A stretch of DNA of 58,536 nucleotides, the filler included, from an uncultured bacterium (GTDB lineage Bacteria > Auribacterota > CAZIXI01), in NCBI GenBank assembly GCA_964543115.1. It is 2 parts of 2 records of this genome, joined end to end, with 100 filler letters (N's around TTAATTAATTAA, not from the genome) between each part and the next. Parts side by side here need not be neighbours in the genome. Positions count along the whole stretch, not along the records: positions 29,791 to 58,536 come from CAZIXI010000008.1; 1 more part is not named here. One strand, 5' to 3'. Every line of letters starts with the position of its first letter. Position 1 is the stretch's first letter. A model generated the notes under the pieces. It searched no databases. It was given only the letters and a program-made list of their open reading frames with translations, and had not been told where the DNA came from. The position numbers and the translations under genes are program-made. Shown here piece by piece: positions 37,970 through 46,800 of this stretch.

Positions 37970-39325
37970 ATGGAAAAGAGAAAACTTTTTGGTACCGATG
38001 GTGTTCGCGGTCTCGCCAACACTGAACCGTTAACCGCGGAAACAGCCCTCAAGCTGGGCCGGGCCGCAGCTTATGTCTTTAAACGCAATGAAAGAAGACA
38101 CCGTATTGTTATCGGTAAAGATACCCGCCTGTCAGGATACATGCTGGAAAACGCTCTTGTTGCCGGTATCTGTTCTATGGGCGTAGACGCCCTGCTGATC
38201 GGGCCTTTACCCACTCCGGGAATTGCTTTTATTACCCGCAGCCTGCGGGCTGACGCCGGGGTCATGCTCAGTGCCTCCCATAATCCCTATGAAGACAACG
38301 GAATCAAGTTTTTCTCCAATGACGGCTATAAACTGCCGGATAAGATAGAAGGAGAAATCACCAAATTGATCACCAACGGAGAACTGGACAATATCCGCCC
38401 TACAGCCACTGATATCGGAAAGGCTTATCGTATTGATGATGCTACCGGGCGTTATGTAGAATTTGTAAAGAACTCCTTTCCTAAAGGCATGACCCTGGAC
38501 GGCTTAAAGGTAGTGCTTGATTGTGCTAATGGTGCCGGCTATAAGGTGGGACCCTGGGTCCTGGAAGAACTGGGTGCTGAGGTTATCGTCTATAACAACA
38601 ACCCAACCGGTACCAATATCAACCGGGAATGCGGCACCCTTTATCCGGAAGTAATCCGTAAAGGTGTTATTGACCATAAGGCGGATGTGGGTATCGCCCT
38701 GGACGGCGATAGTGACCGGGTTATATTTGCTGATGAAGAGGCACGGGTAGTAGACGGTGATTATATACTGGCTATCTGCGGCCTGGACCTGCTCCGGCAG
38801 GGAATCTTAAAACACAAAACCATGGTGGCAACTGTCATGAGTAACTGGGGCCTGGAGAAATGTCTCCAGGAAGCCGGCGGCACACTTGCGCGTTCTAAGG
38901 TAGGTGACCGCTACGTTATTGAAGAAATGATTAAACGCGACACTAATCTGGGCGGAGAACAATCCGGCCATATAATTTTCAAAGATTATACCACCACCGG
39001 AGACGGCCTGATAACCGCCCTGCAATTGCTACGGATCATGCGGGCAACAGGAAAACCTTTGTCCAAACTTTGCAAAGTTATGGAAAAAGTACCTCAGGTC
39101 TTAATAAATGTCCGGATAAAAGAAAAAAGACCGTTTGCCGAAATCCCTGATCTTCAGCAAGCAATTCACCTGGCAGAAGAAAAACTGGGCAATCAAGGCA
39201 GAGTATTAGTGCGTTATTCCGGCACTGAACTGATTGCCCGGGTAATGCTGGAAGGACAAGACCAGGATCAGATTGATGATCTGGCCATGGCCCTGTCGGA
39301 AAAGGTCAAACAGGTTTTAGGATAA
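37970..39325 (+). CDS. glmM: Phosphoglucosamine mutase
   Basis: [21 protein letters not shown] and GGEQSGH; start at ATG 37970 with AGGAGG RBS. Confidence 0.97.
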   Translation: MEKRKLFGTDGVRGLANTEPLTAETALKLGRAAAYVFKRNERRHRIVIGKDTRLSGYMLENALVAGICSMGVDALLIGPLPTPGIAFITRSLRADAGVMLSASHNPYEDNGIKFFSNDGYKLPDKIEGEITKLITNGELDNIRPTATDIGKAYRIDDATGRYVEFVKNSFPKGMTLDGLKVVLDCANGAGYKVGPWVLEELGAEVIVYNNNPTGTNINRECGTLYPEVIRKGVIDHKADVGIALDGDSDRVIFADEEARVVDGDYILAICGLDLLRQGILKHKTMVATVMSNWGLEKCLQEAGGTLARSKVGDRYVIEEMIKRDTNLGGEQSGHIIFKDYTTTGDGLITALQLLRIMRATGKPLSKLCKVMEKVPQVLINVRIKEKRPFAEIPDLQQAIHLAEEKLGNQGRVLVRYSGTELIARVMLEGQDQDQIDDLAMALSEKVKQVLG

Positions 39326-39343
39326 TCAGGTATTGGGATAATT

Positions 39344-40069
39344 ATGATTAATTTATGTGTGAACATCGACCATGTGGCCACTGTTCGCCAGGCCCGCGGC
39401 GGAGGGGAACCGGATCCTGTCACGGCAGCCGTACTTTGCGAACTGGCCGGTGCACAGGGAATTACCTTTCATCTGCGGGAAGACCGCCGTCACATACAGG
39501 AACGGGACGTCTGTTTATTGAAAGAATTGATCCAGGTAAAGCTAAATATGGAAATGGCCAATACCAAAGAAATGGTTACTCTGGCCCAAAAATTCCAACC
39601 GGACCAGGTAACGTTTGTACCGGAAAAACGCCGTGAACTAACTACCGAAGGGGGCCTGGATGTAGTGAACAATTTATCCTCACTAAAAACCAGTATAAGT
39701 ATTCTCCGGAAAAAAGGGATTGCGGTAAGTTTGTTCATTAATGACCAGACTCAACAAATAGAAGCAGCGGCACGCAGCGGAGCAGATGCAATTGAATTAC
39801 ACACCGGAGAATATGCCAATGCCAAAACAGCAAAAGCAGTTACCCGAGAACTTAAGGCCCTGAGATCCGCTGCCCTTCTCGCTCACCGCCTGAAACTGCA
39901 TGTTTATGCCGGACATGGCCTTAACTACCAAAATACACCTGCGGTCCTGGACCTCCCGCAGCTTGCCGAATTAAATATTGGCCACAGTATCATCAGCCGT
40001 TCAGTTTTTGTCGGAATCACTAACGCTGTTCAGGAAATGCTCCTGTTAATTAACAAACAAAGGGGGTAG
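39344..40069 (+). CDS. pdxJ: Pyridoxine 5'-phosphate synthase
   Basis: VNIDHVATVRQAR, HLREDRRHI, VPEKRRELTTEGGLD, AGHGLNY and NIGHSI. Confidence 0.97.
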   Translation: MINLCVNIDHVATVRQARGGGEPDPVTAAVLCELAGAQGITFHLREDRRHIQERDVCLLKELIQVKLNMEMANTKEMVTLAQKFQPDQVTFVPEKRRELTTEGGLDVVNNLSSLKTSISILRKKGIAVSLFINDQTQQIEAAARSGADAIELHTGEYANAKTAKAVTRELKALRSAALLAHRLKLHVYAGHGLNYQNTPAVLDLPQLAELNIGHSIISRSVFVGITNAVQEMLLLINKQRG

Positions 40070-40072
40070 CAA

Positions 40073-41626
40073 ATGAAAGTTATCACTACCCAACACATGG
40101 AAGAACTGGAAAAATCCGCTGCCAAAAACTATGGGATCAGCCAGCATGCCTTGATGGAAAATGCCGGCTGCGGCATTGCCTGCTGGTTAAAAGATTTTTT
40201 CAAGCAGCGCCAGTTGTCCGAAAAGATACTAATTGTCTGCGGCCGAGGTAATAATGGCGGTGATGGTTTCGTCGCAGCCCGGCAACTTACAGACGACGGA
40301 TTCCAGGTCAACCTTATATTACTGGCCAATGAAGCGGACCTTAAAGGGGCCGCCCGCAGTAATTTCCGCAAATTAAAAAGTAACCGTAAAGTAACCATTA
40401 CCAAGATCAGTACACCAAAACAACTGGAAAAGGCTGCTGCTATTTTTTCCCAGCATTTCCTCATTCTTGATGGCATCCTGGGCACAGGTACCAGAGGTGA
40501 GGTCCGGGGACTGTTTAAGAAGATTATTGAATACATCAATGGGTTGGGAAAAACGGTAATTTCCATCGATATTCCTTCGGGGTTGGACGGCAACAGCGGC
40601 AGCGGCTATAGTATCAAGGCCCATACTACTCTTACAATGGGACTGCCTAAAACAGGATTATTAAAACCAGGGGTAGAAGAACACGTCGGCTACCTTCAGG
40701 TTATTGATATCGGCATCCCCACCGAACTAACCTCAACTCTAAAAAGCAGCATTGAATATTTACAACACAACGATTTTCGCGGGACTGTACCCGAACGTAA
40801 ATTAATCAGTCACAAGGGAGATTACGGCCATGTATTGGTACTTGCCGGTTCACCTCAATGCACCGGGGCAGCAGCCCTCACTACATTGGGCGCGTTGCGC
40901 AGCGGTGCGGGATTGGTCACTTTAGGTATTCCTCAAAGCCTCCAGTCCATCTACCAGATAAAACTCACCGACTCCATGACCTTACCGCTAGCGGAAACAG
41001 AAGATAATACCCTTGCTGAAGAGGCCTGGACAACCATTAGTAAATTCATTGAACAGGTGGATTGCCTGGCCATCGGCCCTGGTCTGACCACCCATCCGGA
41101 AACAATTAAACTTGTCAAACGTGTTATTTCCCATAGTACAAAACCAATGGTTATTGATGCAGATGGTATTAATGCCGTTGCTGATGAGCCACTTGTGTTA
41201 CGTAAGGCCAAAGCCCCGCTAATCTTAACACCGCATCCGGGAGAAATGGCCCGTTTACTGCACACATCCACCAAGGGCTTACTCCATGATCGCTGGAAAA
41301 TTGCCCTGGGCGTAGCCGAAAAATACTCGCTGACCCTGGTCTTGAAAGGTTATCAAACCATTCTTGCCGGAAAAGACAAAAAAGTATATATTAATAGTTC
41401 CGGTAATCCGGGTATGGCTACCGGCGGTTCCGGTGATATCCTCACCGGGATGATTGCTTCTTTCATTGCCCAGGGATTTAAACCTTTACAGGCAGCAAAA
41501 TTGGGTGTATATTTACACGGCTTGGCCGGTGATGCTGCCGCCAGAGACAAAGGTGAATGGGGAATTATAGCCAGTGATCTCATAGAAAAATTACCGTATG
41601 TATTAAACGAGATATACGGTCTTTAA
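40073..41626 (+). CDS. nnr: Bifunctional NAD(P)H-hydrate epimerase/dehydratase
   Basis: YjeF-N (LMENAG, GRGNNGGDG, DIPSG) fused to YjeF-C (SHKGDYG, IDADG, LTPHPGEM, GSGDILTG). Confidence 0.95.
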   Translation: MKVITTQHMEELEKSAAKNYGISQHALMENAGCGIACWLKDFFKQRQLSEKILIVCGRGNNGGDGFVAARQLTDDGFQVNLILLANEADLKGAARSNFRKLKSNRKVTITKISTPKQLEKAAAIFSQHFLILDGILGTGTRGEVRGLFKKIIEYINGLGKTVISIDIPSGLDGNSGSGYSIKAHTTLTMGLPKTGLLKPGVEEHVGYLQVIDIGIPTELTSTLKSSIEYLQHNDFRGTVPERKLISHKGDYGHVLVLAGSPQCTGAAALTTLGALRSGAGLVTLGIPQSLQSIYQIKLTDSMTLPLAETEDNTLAEEAWTTISKFIEQVDCLAIGPGLTTHPETIKLVKRVISHSTKPMVIDADGINAVADEPLVLRKAKAPLILTPHPGEMARLLHTSTKGLLHDRWKIALGVAEKYSLTLVLKGYQTILAGKDKKVYINSSGNPGMATGGSGDILTGMIASFIAQGFKPLQAAKLGVYLHGLAGDAAARDKGEWGIIASDLIEKLPYVLNEIYGL

Positions 41627-41650
41627 TAGATAGAACAGTCAATAATACAG

Positions 41651-41723
41651 GCTAGCGTAGCTCAGCTGGTAGAGCAGGGGTTTTGTAAACCTCAGGTCGT
41701 GGGTTCGACTCCCTCCGCTAGCT
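41651..41723 (+). tRNA. tRNA-Thr(TGT)
   Basis: Acceptor GCTAGCG/CGCTAGC, anticodon loop TT-TGT-AA, T-loop GGTTCGACT; CCA not encoded. Confidence 0.95.
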
Positions 41724-41730
41724 TTGTTAT

Positions 41731-41868
41731 AAGGTTACAAGAAGTTACAAGAGGTTACAAGAAGTTACAAGAGGTTACAGGGGTTGTAAGCTCGTTTTTG
41801 GATGGCTCGATAAACTTTATATAGTTAATAATAACTTCATGTAACCTATTGTAACATCCTGTAACTTC
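41731..41868. repeat. Inverted pair of 10-bp-periodic tandem arrays (GTTACA / TGTAAC)
   Basis: Five decamers RARGTTACAR at 41731-41780; inverted cores at 41831, 41841, 41851 and 41861. Confidence 0.85.
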
Positions 41869-41875
41869 AATGATT

Positions 41876-41959
41876 GGGTAGGTGCCGGAGTGGCCAATCG
41901 GACCAGACTGTAAATCTGGCGGCTTTCAGCCTACGAAGGTTCGAATCCTTCCCTGCCCA
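41876..41959 (+). tRNA. tRNA-Tyr(GTA)
   Basis: Acceptor GGGTAGG/CCTGCCC, anticodon arm CCAGA-CTGTAAA-TCTGG, long variable arm, GGTTCGAATCC. Confidence 0.95.
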
Positions 41960-41972
41960 TTGTTTATTATCC

Positions 41973-42043
41973 GCGGGAGTTGCTTAGTGGTAAAGCTCCA
42001 GCCTTCCAAGCTGGCCATGAGGGTTCGATTCCCTTCTCCCGCT
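41973..42043 (+). tRNA. tRNA-Gly(TCC)
   Basis: Acceptor GCGGGAG/CTCCCGC, anticodon arm CCAGC-CTTCCAA-GCTGG, GGTTCGATTCC. Confidence 0.95.
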
Positions 42044-42062
42044 GTGCGTTAAAATAAAACGT

Positions 42063-42091
42063 TTGACTATATCTATAAACTGGCTTATATT
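42063..42091 (+). promoter_or_regulatory. Sigma70-type promoter for tRNA-fMet
   Basis: TTGACT-N17-TATATT, 15 nt upstream of the tRNA. Confidence 0.6.
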
Positions 42092-42106
42092 AGCACGTAA
42101 ATTCGG

Positions 42107-42183
42107 TGCGGGGTGGAGCAGTCAGGTAGCTCGCAAGGCTCATAACCTTGAGGCCGTTGGTTCAAATCCAACCCCCGCTACCA
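42107..42183 (+). tRNA. tRNA-fMet(CAT), initiator
   Basis: GCGGGGTGGAGCAGTCAGGTAGCTCG initiator-type D arm, unpaired 1:72 (T:T), loop CT-CAT-AA, encoded CCA. Confidence 0.93.
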
Positions 42184-42217
42184 AATCCTATGCCAAATAA
42201 TACCTTTCTTACCGGCT

Positions 42218-42258
42218 CCCCAGGCTTCGCCTGGGACTGCCCCGCTTCGCGGGGCTGC
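42218..42258 (+). repeat. Tandem REP-like hairpins downstream of tRNA-fMet
   Basis: CCCAGGC-TTC-GCCTGGG-ACTG followed by CCCCGC-TTC-GCGGGG-CTGC. Confidence 0.7.
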
Positions 42259-42328
42259 GGCAAGACAATCCTGATACAAAAATTGATTCCTAACCTTTCT
42301 CTCTCGACAAAAAAAGATACAATAAAAT

Positions 42329-42517
42329 TAGACTTCTGCAAAATAGAGTAAAAAAGCTCAAATGTCATCCCGCGGTTAAACCGCGGGATCCAGTAGTGTT
42401 TGCGATATAATTTTTGCTGGATACCCCAAGCAGAGCTTGGGGCTGCTATAGTTGAATTTTATAGACTGCCGCGGTCAAGCCGCGGTATGACAAAGAACCT
42501 ATTTTGCAGAACTCTTA
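42329..42517. mobile_element. MITE-like element, long form: TIRs enclosing inverted REP units and a central hairpin
   Basis: TAGACTTCTGCAAAATAG…CTATTTTGCAGAACTCTTA (16/18); GTCATCCCGCGG…CCGCGGGATCCAG and inverted GACTGCCGCGG…CCGCGGTATGAC; central CCCCAAGC-AGA-GCTTGGGG. Confidence 0.72.
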
Positions 42518-42540
42518 TAATAAAAACATAGGAGGTTATC

Positions 42541-42867
42541 ATGAACGATAATAGTAACAATAAAGATCTAAGCAAGGCCAACGACAAAGAACTTAAGGTG
42601 GAATTAGAAAAAAGAATGGAAAAGAAATGCGGGTGCTGGGGAGAAAAAATAGAAAAAAAATTCGATGCCCTGGAAAAAAAGATTCCCCCGCCGCTCAGCG
42701 CCCTCGGCGACGTTTTGTGCCTTGGTGCGTTTATTCTTGGCGCTCTCTGGCTGGCAACAAAGCTTAACTGGCTTAGTAAAATGCCCTCTTGGAAAATACT
42801 TGCTGTCTGTTTCGCTACAATTTTTATTATTTCTCTTGTTTATCGTTTATTTTTTAGAAAAAAATAA
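42541..42867 (+). CDS. Hypothetical membrane protein (2 TM)
   Basis: GGAGG RBS; charged N-terminus and two hydrophobic segments. Confidence 0.7.
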   Translation: MNDNSNNKDLSKANDKELKVELEKRMEKKCGCWGEKIEKKFDALEKKIPPPLSALGDVLCLGAFILGALWLATKLNWLSKMPSWKILAVCFATIFIISLVYRLFFRKK

Positions 42868-42907
42868 TAATTCTTTTTCCGACGAGAATAATCAATTAGC
42901 ATTTCCT

Positions 42908-42928
42908 TCCCCCGATTCCATCGGGGGA
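42908..42928. repeat. REP-like hairpin
   Basis: TCCCCCGAT-TCC-ATCGGGGGA, near-identical to the 37907 hairpin; flanked by CGACGAGAAT direct repeats at 42880 and 42942. Confidence 0.6.
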
Positions 42929-43016
42929 CAACCATTGTTGTCGACGAGAATTTAAAAAAATAAGCGCTTGCATTATCTTGATATTCTATAGTAAAATTTT
43001 TGCTCATCTATTATGA

Positions 43017-43089
43017 GCCAGGGTAGCTCAGTTGGCAGAGCGGAGGACTCATAAGCCTTAGGTCGTCGGTTCAATCCCGACCCCTGGCA
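43017..43089 (+). tRNA. tRNA with CAT anticodon (elongator Met or Ile2)
   Basis: Acceptor GCCAGGG/CCCTGGC, loop CT-CAT-AA, GGTTCAATCC; upstream TTGCAT-N18-TAAAAT. Met versus Ile2 identity not resolved by eye. Confidence 0.9.
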
Positions 43090-43092
43090 TTA

Positions 43093-43182
43093 CTCCAAAC
43101 TTCGTTTGGAGCTGCCATCAATGGATATAGACTGCCCCAAGCTTCGCTTGGGACTGCTATTATTGGAATGGATATAGACTGC
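43093..43182 (+). repeat. REP-like module (two hairpins plus 33-bp unit) downstream of tRNA
   Basis: CTCCAAAC-TTC-GTTTGGAG and CCCAAGC-TTC-GCTTGGG; 43150-43182 matches the 37874 unit at 30/33. Confidence 0.75.
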
Positions 43183-43303
43183 CCTTTTCATAACTGCGCC
43201 ATAATGGCGCAGTGCATTTTTGCTGTTTCTAAAAATATTACTTGCCAATAAATCATCCGTTTTGATATATTTACTTCTTGCTGATGTGGAAAAAGAATGT
43301 ACC

Positions 43304-43408
43304 TGTGGATAACTTGTGAATAAAATCTTATTTTTTTAACTGCCACTTAAAATCCTTAGTAATACCCAGGATTTTTGGCAAGTAGAATGTAGTTTATTTT
43401 GTGGATAA
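43304..43408. promoter_or_regulatory. DnaA boxes upstream of dnaA
   Basis: TGTGGATAA at 43304 and 43400; TGTGAATAA at 43315. Confidence 0.8.
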
Positions 43409-43426
43409 CTGGATTACCATTAATGT

Positions 43427-44779
43427 ATGAATTCCATACCTACAGCTGTCTGGAATGATATTGTCAATCAATTTCAACGTGAACTGAGCCCGGAAATATT
43501 TGAAACCTGGTTCCGTCCCCTGAGATTGACTGCTGCTACTGAAGACAGCATTACAGTAGAGGTACCCAATCAGCTTTATCAGCAATGGTTTAACAAAAAT
43601 TATCAAACCAGGGTAAAGCGCTCTCTGGAAGAACTGTTTAATCGCTCTGTTGCAATTAATATTACACTTGCCGATCATGATTCTACCACAGAACACTTAA
43701 CCCCCAGGCGTGTTGCTCCACTTGTGACTAATAATCAAACACAACTTTTAGAGACTAGGCTAAATTCTAAATATACTTTTGACCATTTTGTTGTCGGTCC
43801 AAGTAATCGCTTTGCTCATGCCGCTTCCATTGCTGTGGCTCAGGCACCGGCCAAAGCCTATAATCCTATGTTTATTTACGGTGGAGTAGGGCTGGGTAAA
43901 ACCCATTTAATGCAGGCCATTGGTCAATATATTAAGATGCAGAACCCTACACTTAAAATATATTATATTTCCAGCGAAAGCTTCACAAATGAACTCATTA
44001 CAGCCATTCAAAACCGTACAACTTTGAAGTTCCGCGCTAAATTCCGTAACGTTGATGTGTTGCTTATCGACGATATTCACTTTCTCGGGGGCAAAGAACA
44101 TTCCCAGGGAGAATTCTTTCATACTTTTAATACCCTTTATGATGCTCGTAAACAAATGGTTCTTTCCAGTGACCGGCCACCCAAAGAAATTGCCAATCTG
44201 GAAGAACGGCTCATTTCCAGATTTGAATGGGGTTTAGTAACCGACCTCCAGCCACCAGACCTAGAAACAAGAATTGCTATTTTAAGAAAAAAAGCCGAAA
44301 TGTCCAGTTTTGCAGTCCCCCAGGATGTAATCTTGTATATTGCAGATAAAATTAAAACGAATATCCGTAAGCTGGAAGGAGCTCTGATCAGGGTGGTTTC
44401 GCATTCCTCACTTATCGGTAGAGAATTGACTGTGGCGCTGGCTGAAGAAATCCTGCAAGACTTGATACTCGGAGAACAGGAAACACTGGTAAGCATAGAT
44501 AGTATCCAAAAACAAACTGCGGAATACTTTGATATTCGAGTAGCAGACATGAAAAGCAAAAAACGCCCAAAAAGTATTGCCTTCCCCCGCCAAATCGCTA
44601 TGTATTTGTCCCGGGAACTCACAGACTATTCCCTGCCGGAAATTGGCGAGGCCTTTGGCGGCCGGGATCATACCACGGTTATGCATGCCCATAAATTAAT
44701 CCGTACACAAATTAATAGTAATTTTAATATAAAGAAAGCTATTACTGTTATTAAGCAGAAAATAAAGTCATCTTCTTAG
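43427..44779 (+). CDS. dnaA: Chromosomal replication initiator DnaA
   Basis: YTFDHFVVGPSNRFAH, GGVGLGKTHL, LLIDDI, RLISRF, NIRKLEGAL and FGGRDHTTV. Confidence 0.99.
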   Translation: MNSIPTAVWNDIVNQFQRELSPEIFETWFRPLRLTAATEDSITVEVPNQLYQQWFNKNYQTRVKRSLEELFNRSVAINITLADHDSTTEHLTPRRVAPLVTNNQTQLLETRLNSKYTFDHFVVGPSNRFAHAASIAVAQAPAKAYNPMFIYGGVGLGKTHLMQAIGQYIKMQNPTLKIYYISSESFTNELITAIQNRTTLKFRAKFRNVDVLLIDDIHFLGGKEHSQGEFFHTFNTLYDARKQMVLSSDRPPKEIANLEERLISRFEWGLVTDLQPPDLETRIAILRKKAEMSSFAVPQDVILYIADKIKTNIRKLEGALIRVVSHSSLIGRELTVALAEEILQDLILGEQETLVSIDSIQKQTAEYFDIRVADMKSKKRPKSIAFPRQIAMYLSRELTDYSLPEIGEAFGGRDHTTVMHAHKLIRTQINSNFNIKKAITVIKQKIKSSS

Positions 44780-44815
44780 TGGAGCTCCACAGACTAATAC
44801 AAGCAAAGAATGTGG

Positions 44816-44878
44816 TGCTCCATCCCGTCCGCGTGCTCATTTCCGGACTTATATCCGGGATTTTCCCGCGGCGGGATA
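44816..44878 (-). repeat. 63-bp structured repeat, copy A (inverted relative to 45573-45635)
   Basis: Reverse complement matches 45573-45635 at 53/63; outer stem ATCCCGCCGCG/CGCGG(A)CGGGAT. Confidence 0.85.
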
Positions 44879-44893
44879 AAGCTGTTTATTCCC

Positions 44894-45098
44894 TGTGGAT
44901 AACTTGTTATTAGTTTTAATATCTTTTACCCCTGTGGATAACTAATAGCTTATCCACAGCTAATTCGTTGTTCTTACACAGCTTATTTTTATTGCTACTG
45001 CTATATTTGCTATTTAATAACTATTTGATTATAAATAATTTATTAAAAAAAAAGTGTTTTTTATCTGATAAAAATAGTTTAATATACAGTTATTCACA
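44894..45098. other. Probable oriC (DnaA-box cluster plus AT-rich unwinding region)
   Basis: TGTGGATAA at 44894 and 44933, TTATCCACA at 44950, TTATTCACA at 45090; very AT-rich 45000-45080. The + strand looks G/T-richer to the right of dnaA (by eye). Confidence 0.8.
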
Positions 45099-45160
45099 AT
45101 ACTAATAATAAGCTGGTTATTAATTTCTAAAAAACATAATAAACAGAAAGAGGTGATTTT

Positions 45161-45358
45161 GTGGACATCCCAGTAAGTAGCGCATATTTAGCACAGAGTA
45201 TCAATGTCAATCAGTATCAACTTGTTGCCCTTCTTTCCAAGAGAGCCAAAGAATTGATGTTTGGAGCAAAACCCTTAATTGAGAACAGCACAGATAATTA
45301 TGTCCAAATAGCAATGCAGGAACTTCTGGCTGGCAAAATTAAACCGCGCAAAAAATAA
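45161..45358 (+). CDS. rpoZ: RNA polymerase omega subunit
   Basis: NQYQLVALLSKRAKEL and AMQELLAGKI; GAGGTG RBS before GTG. Confidence 0.85.
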   Translation: MDIPVSSAYLAQSINVNQYQLVALLSKRAKELMFGAKPLIENSTDNYVQIAMQELLAGKIKPRKK

Positions 45359-45572
45359 GTTTAGATACGTGAAATATATTTCACTGATATTATCTCGAAT
45401 GAAGATAGTAATTTAATCTTTTTCGAGGTATTTAATGGTAACGGAATTTTTAAAATTTCGTTACCACCGCTATCCGCCGGAAGGCGGACATCTTATTAAG
45501 GCAGCTTGTTAGCCATTACTGACAGATTAGGTATGAGCAAGTAAGGGTTAACTATTAAGCTGCTTTTTTATT

Positions 45573-45635
45573 AATCCCGCCGCGGAAAAATCCCGAATGT
45601 AAATCCGGGATTGAGAGCGTGGACGGGATGGAGCA
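45573..45635 (+). repeat. 63-bp structured repeat, copy B
   Basis: AATCCCGCCGCGGAAAAATCCCGAATGTAAATCCGGGATTGAGAGCGTGGACGGGATGGAGCA. Confidence 0.85.
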
Positions 45636-45677
45636 ATGCACAATGGGTTATGCGATATCACCCTGAAGGGCTCCATA

Positions 45678-46781
45678 ATGAAAATAATTGATAAATACAT
45701 TTATAGAGAGTTTCTTACCCCGTTTGTATACTGCTTTTTTGCTTTCATGCTTCTATTTATTGTAGGAGATTTATTTGAAAATTTAGATGATTTTATTCAA
45801 CATCAAGCACCGTGGATGACAGTTGCCCGTTATTATTTGAACATGACTCCATATATATTTGTCTGGACAGCGCCCTTAGCTGTACTTCTCTCCCTGCTTT
45901 ATCAATTGGGTTATATGAGCAAATACAATGAGCTGAGTGCCTTAAAGGCAAGCGGGGTAAGCTTTTGGCGCATATCTTTTCCTTTTGGCATGATTGGGGT
46001 GGTTCTGGCGCTAGCATTATTTGGGATCAATGAGCGGTTAGTTCCGCCATGTACGGAAGAAATTGCTTCTATCCGCAAGGAATATATAGAGAAATCTCAG
46101 TCGGGGGGTAAAGAACTTAGTCAGGTTGCCTTTTTCAGCAGCGCCAACGATATGAGCTTTTTTATAAATAAGATTTTTCCCGGTGAAAACAGAGCAGAGG
46201 ATATTTCTATCAGGGAGTTTTATCCTGATGGGGCATTAAAAAGAGAATGGTATGCAAAAAACTGCCGCTGGCTGGATGATGAATGGTGGTTAGAAGATGG
46301 GTATGTAAGGCGACTATCACGTTCTGGAGGGTTTTCCGGAGGCGCGGGTACGATAGAGAATTTTAAGAAACAGAGAATATATGTTAAAATCCTGCCGCAA
46401 GATATAATTAGAACCAATAGTGAGGCTGAATCAATCGGAGAACAGATGAATTACAGTCAATTACATCGTTATTTAGCAAGAACTTATACACAGGAAACTG
46501 TGCCAAAAAAACTTATAGTGGATTTATACCGCAAACTTAGCCTGCCGGCTACTATTCTAGTTGTGACCATATTTGGGGTGGCTTTTGGTAGTAAAATATC
46601 TAAAGGTGGTGCCTTAGCCAGTGTGGGGGCTAGTATAGGTTTTTATCTTATTTATTATGGTGTTAGTGCTACCTTGTTAGCTTTAGGTAAGATGGAAAAG
46701 TTATGGCCGGGATTGGCTGTTTGGACACCTCAAGTTGTTTTTGCCGGCATCGGAGGCTGGTTGTTAACCAGAGTAAGATAG
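45678..46781 (+). CDS. LptF/LptG-family LPS export ABC permease
   Basis: MKIIDKYIYREFL, NELSALKASGVS, periplasmic beta-jellyroll-like region, LAVWTPQVVF. Start placed at ATG 45678. Confidence 0.9.
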   Translation: MKIIDKYIYREFLTPFVYCFFAFMLLFIVGDLFENLDDFIQHQAPWMTVARYYLNMTPYIFVWTAPLAVLLSLLYQLGYMSKYNELSALKASGVSFWRISFPFGMIGVVLALALFGINERLVPPCTEEIASIRKEYIEKSQSGGKELSQVAFFSSANDMSFFINKIFPGENRAEDISIREFYPDGALKREWYAKNCRWLDDEWWLEDGYVRRLSRSGGFSGGAGTIENFKKQRIYVKILPQDIIRTNSEAESIGEQMNYSQLHRYLARTYTQETVPKKLIVDLYRKLSLPATILVVTIFGVAFGSKISKGGALASVGASIGFYLIYYGVSATLLALGKMEKLWPGLAVWTPQVVFAGIGGWLLTRVR

Positions 46782-46800
46782 TACAAGTATAATAAAACAT

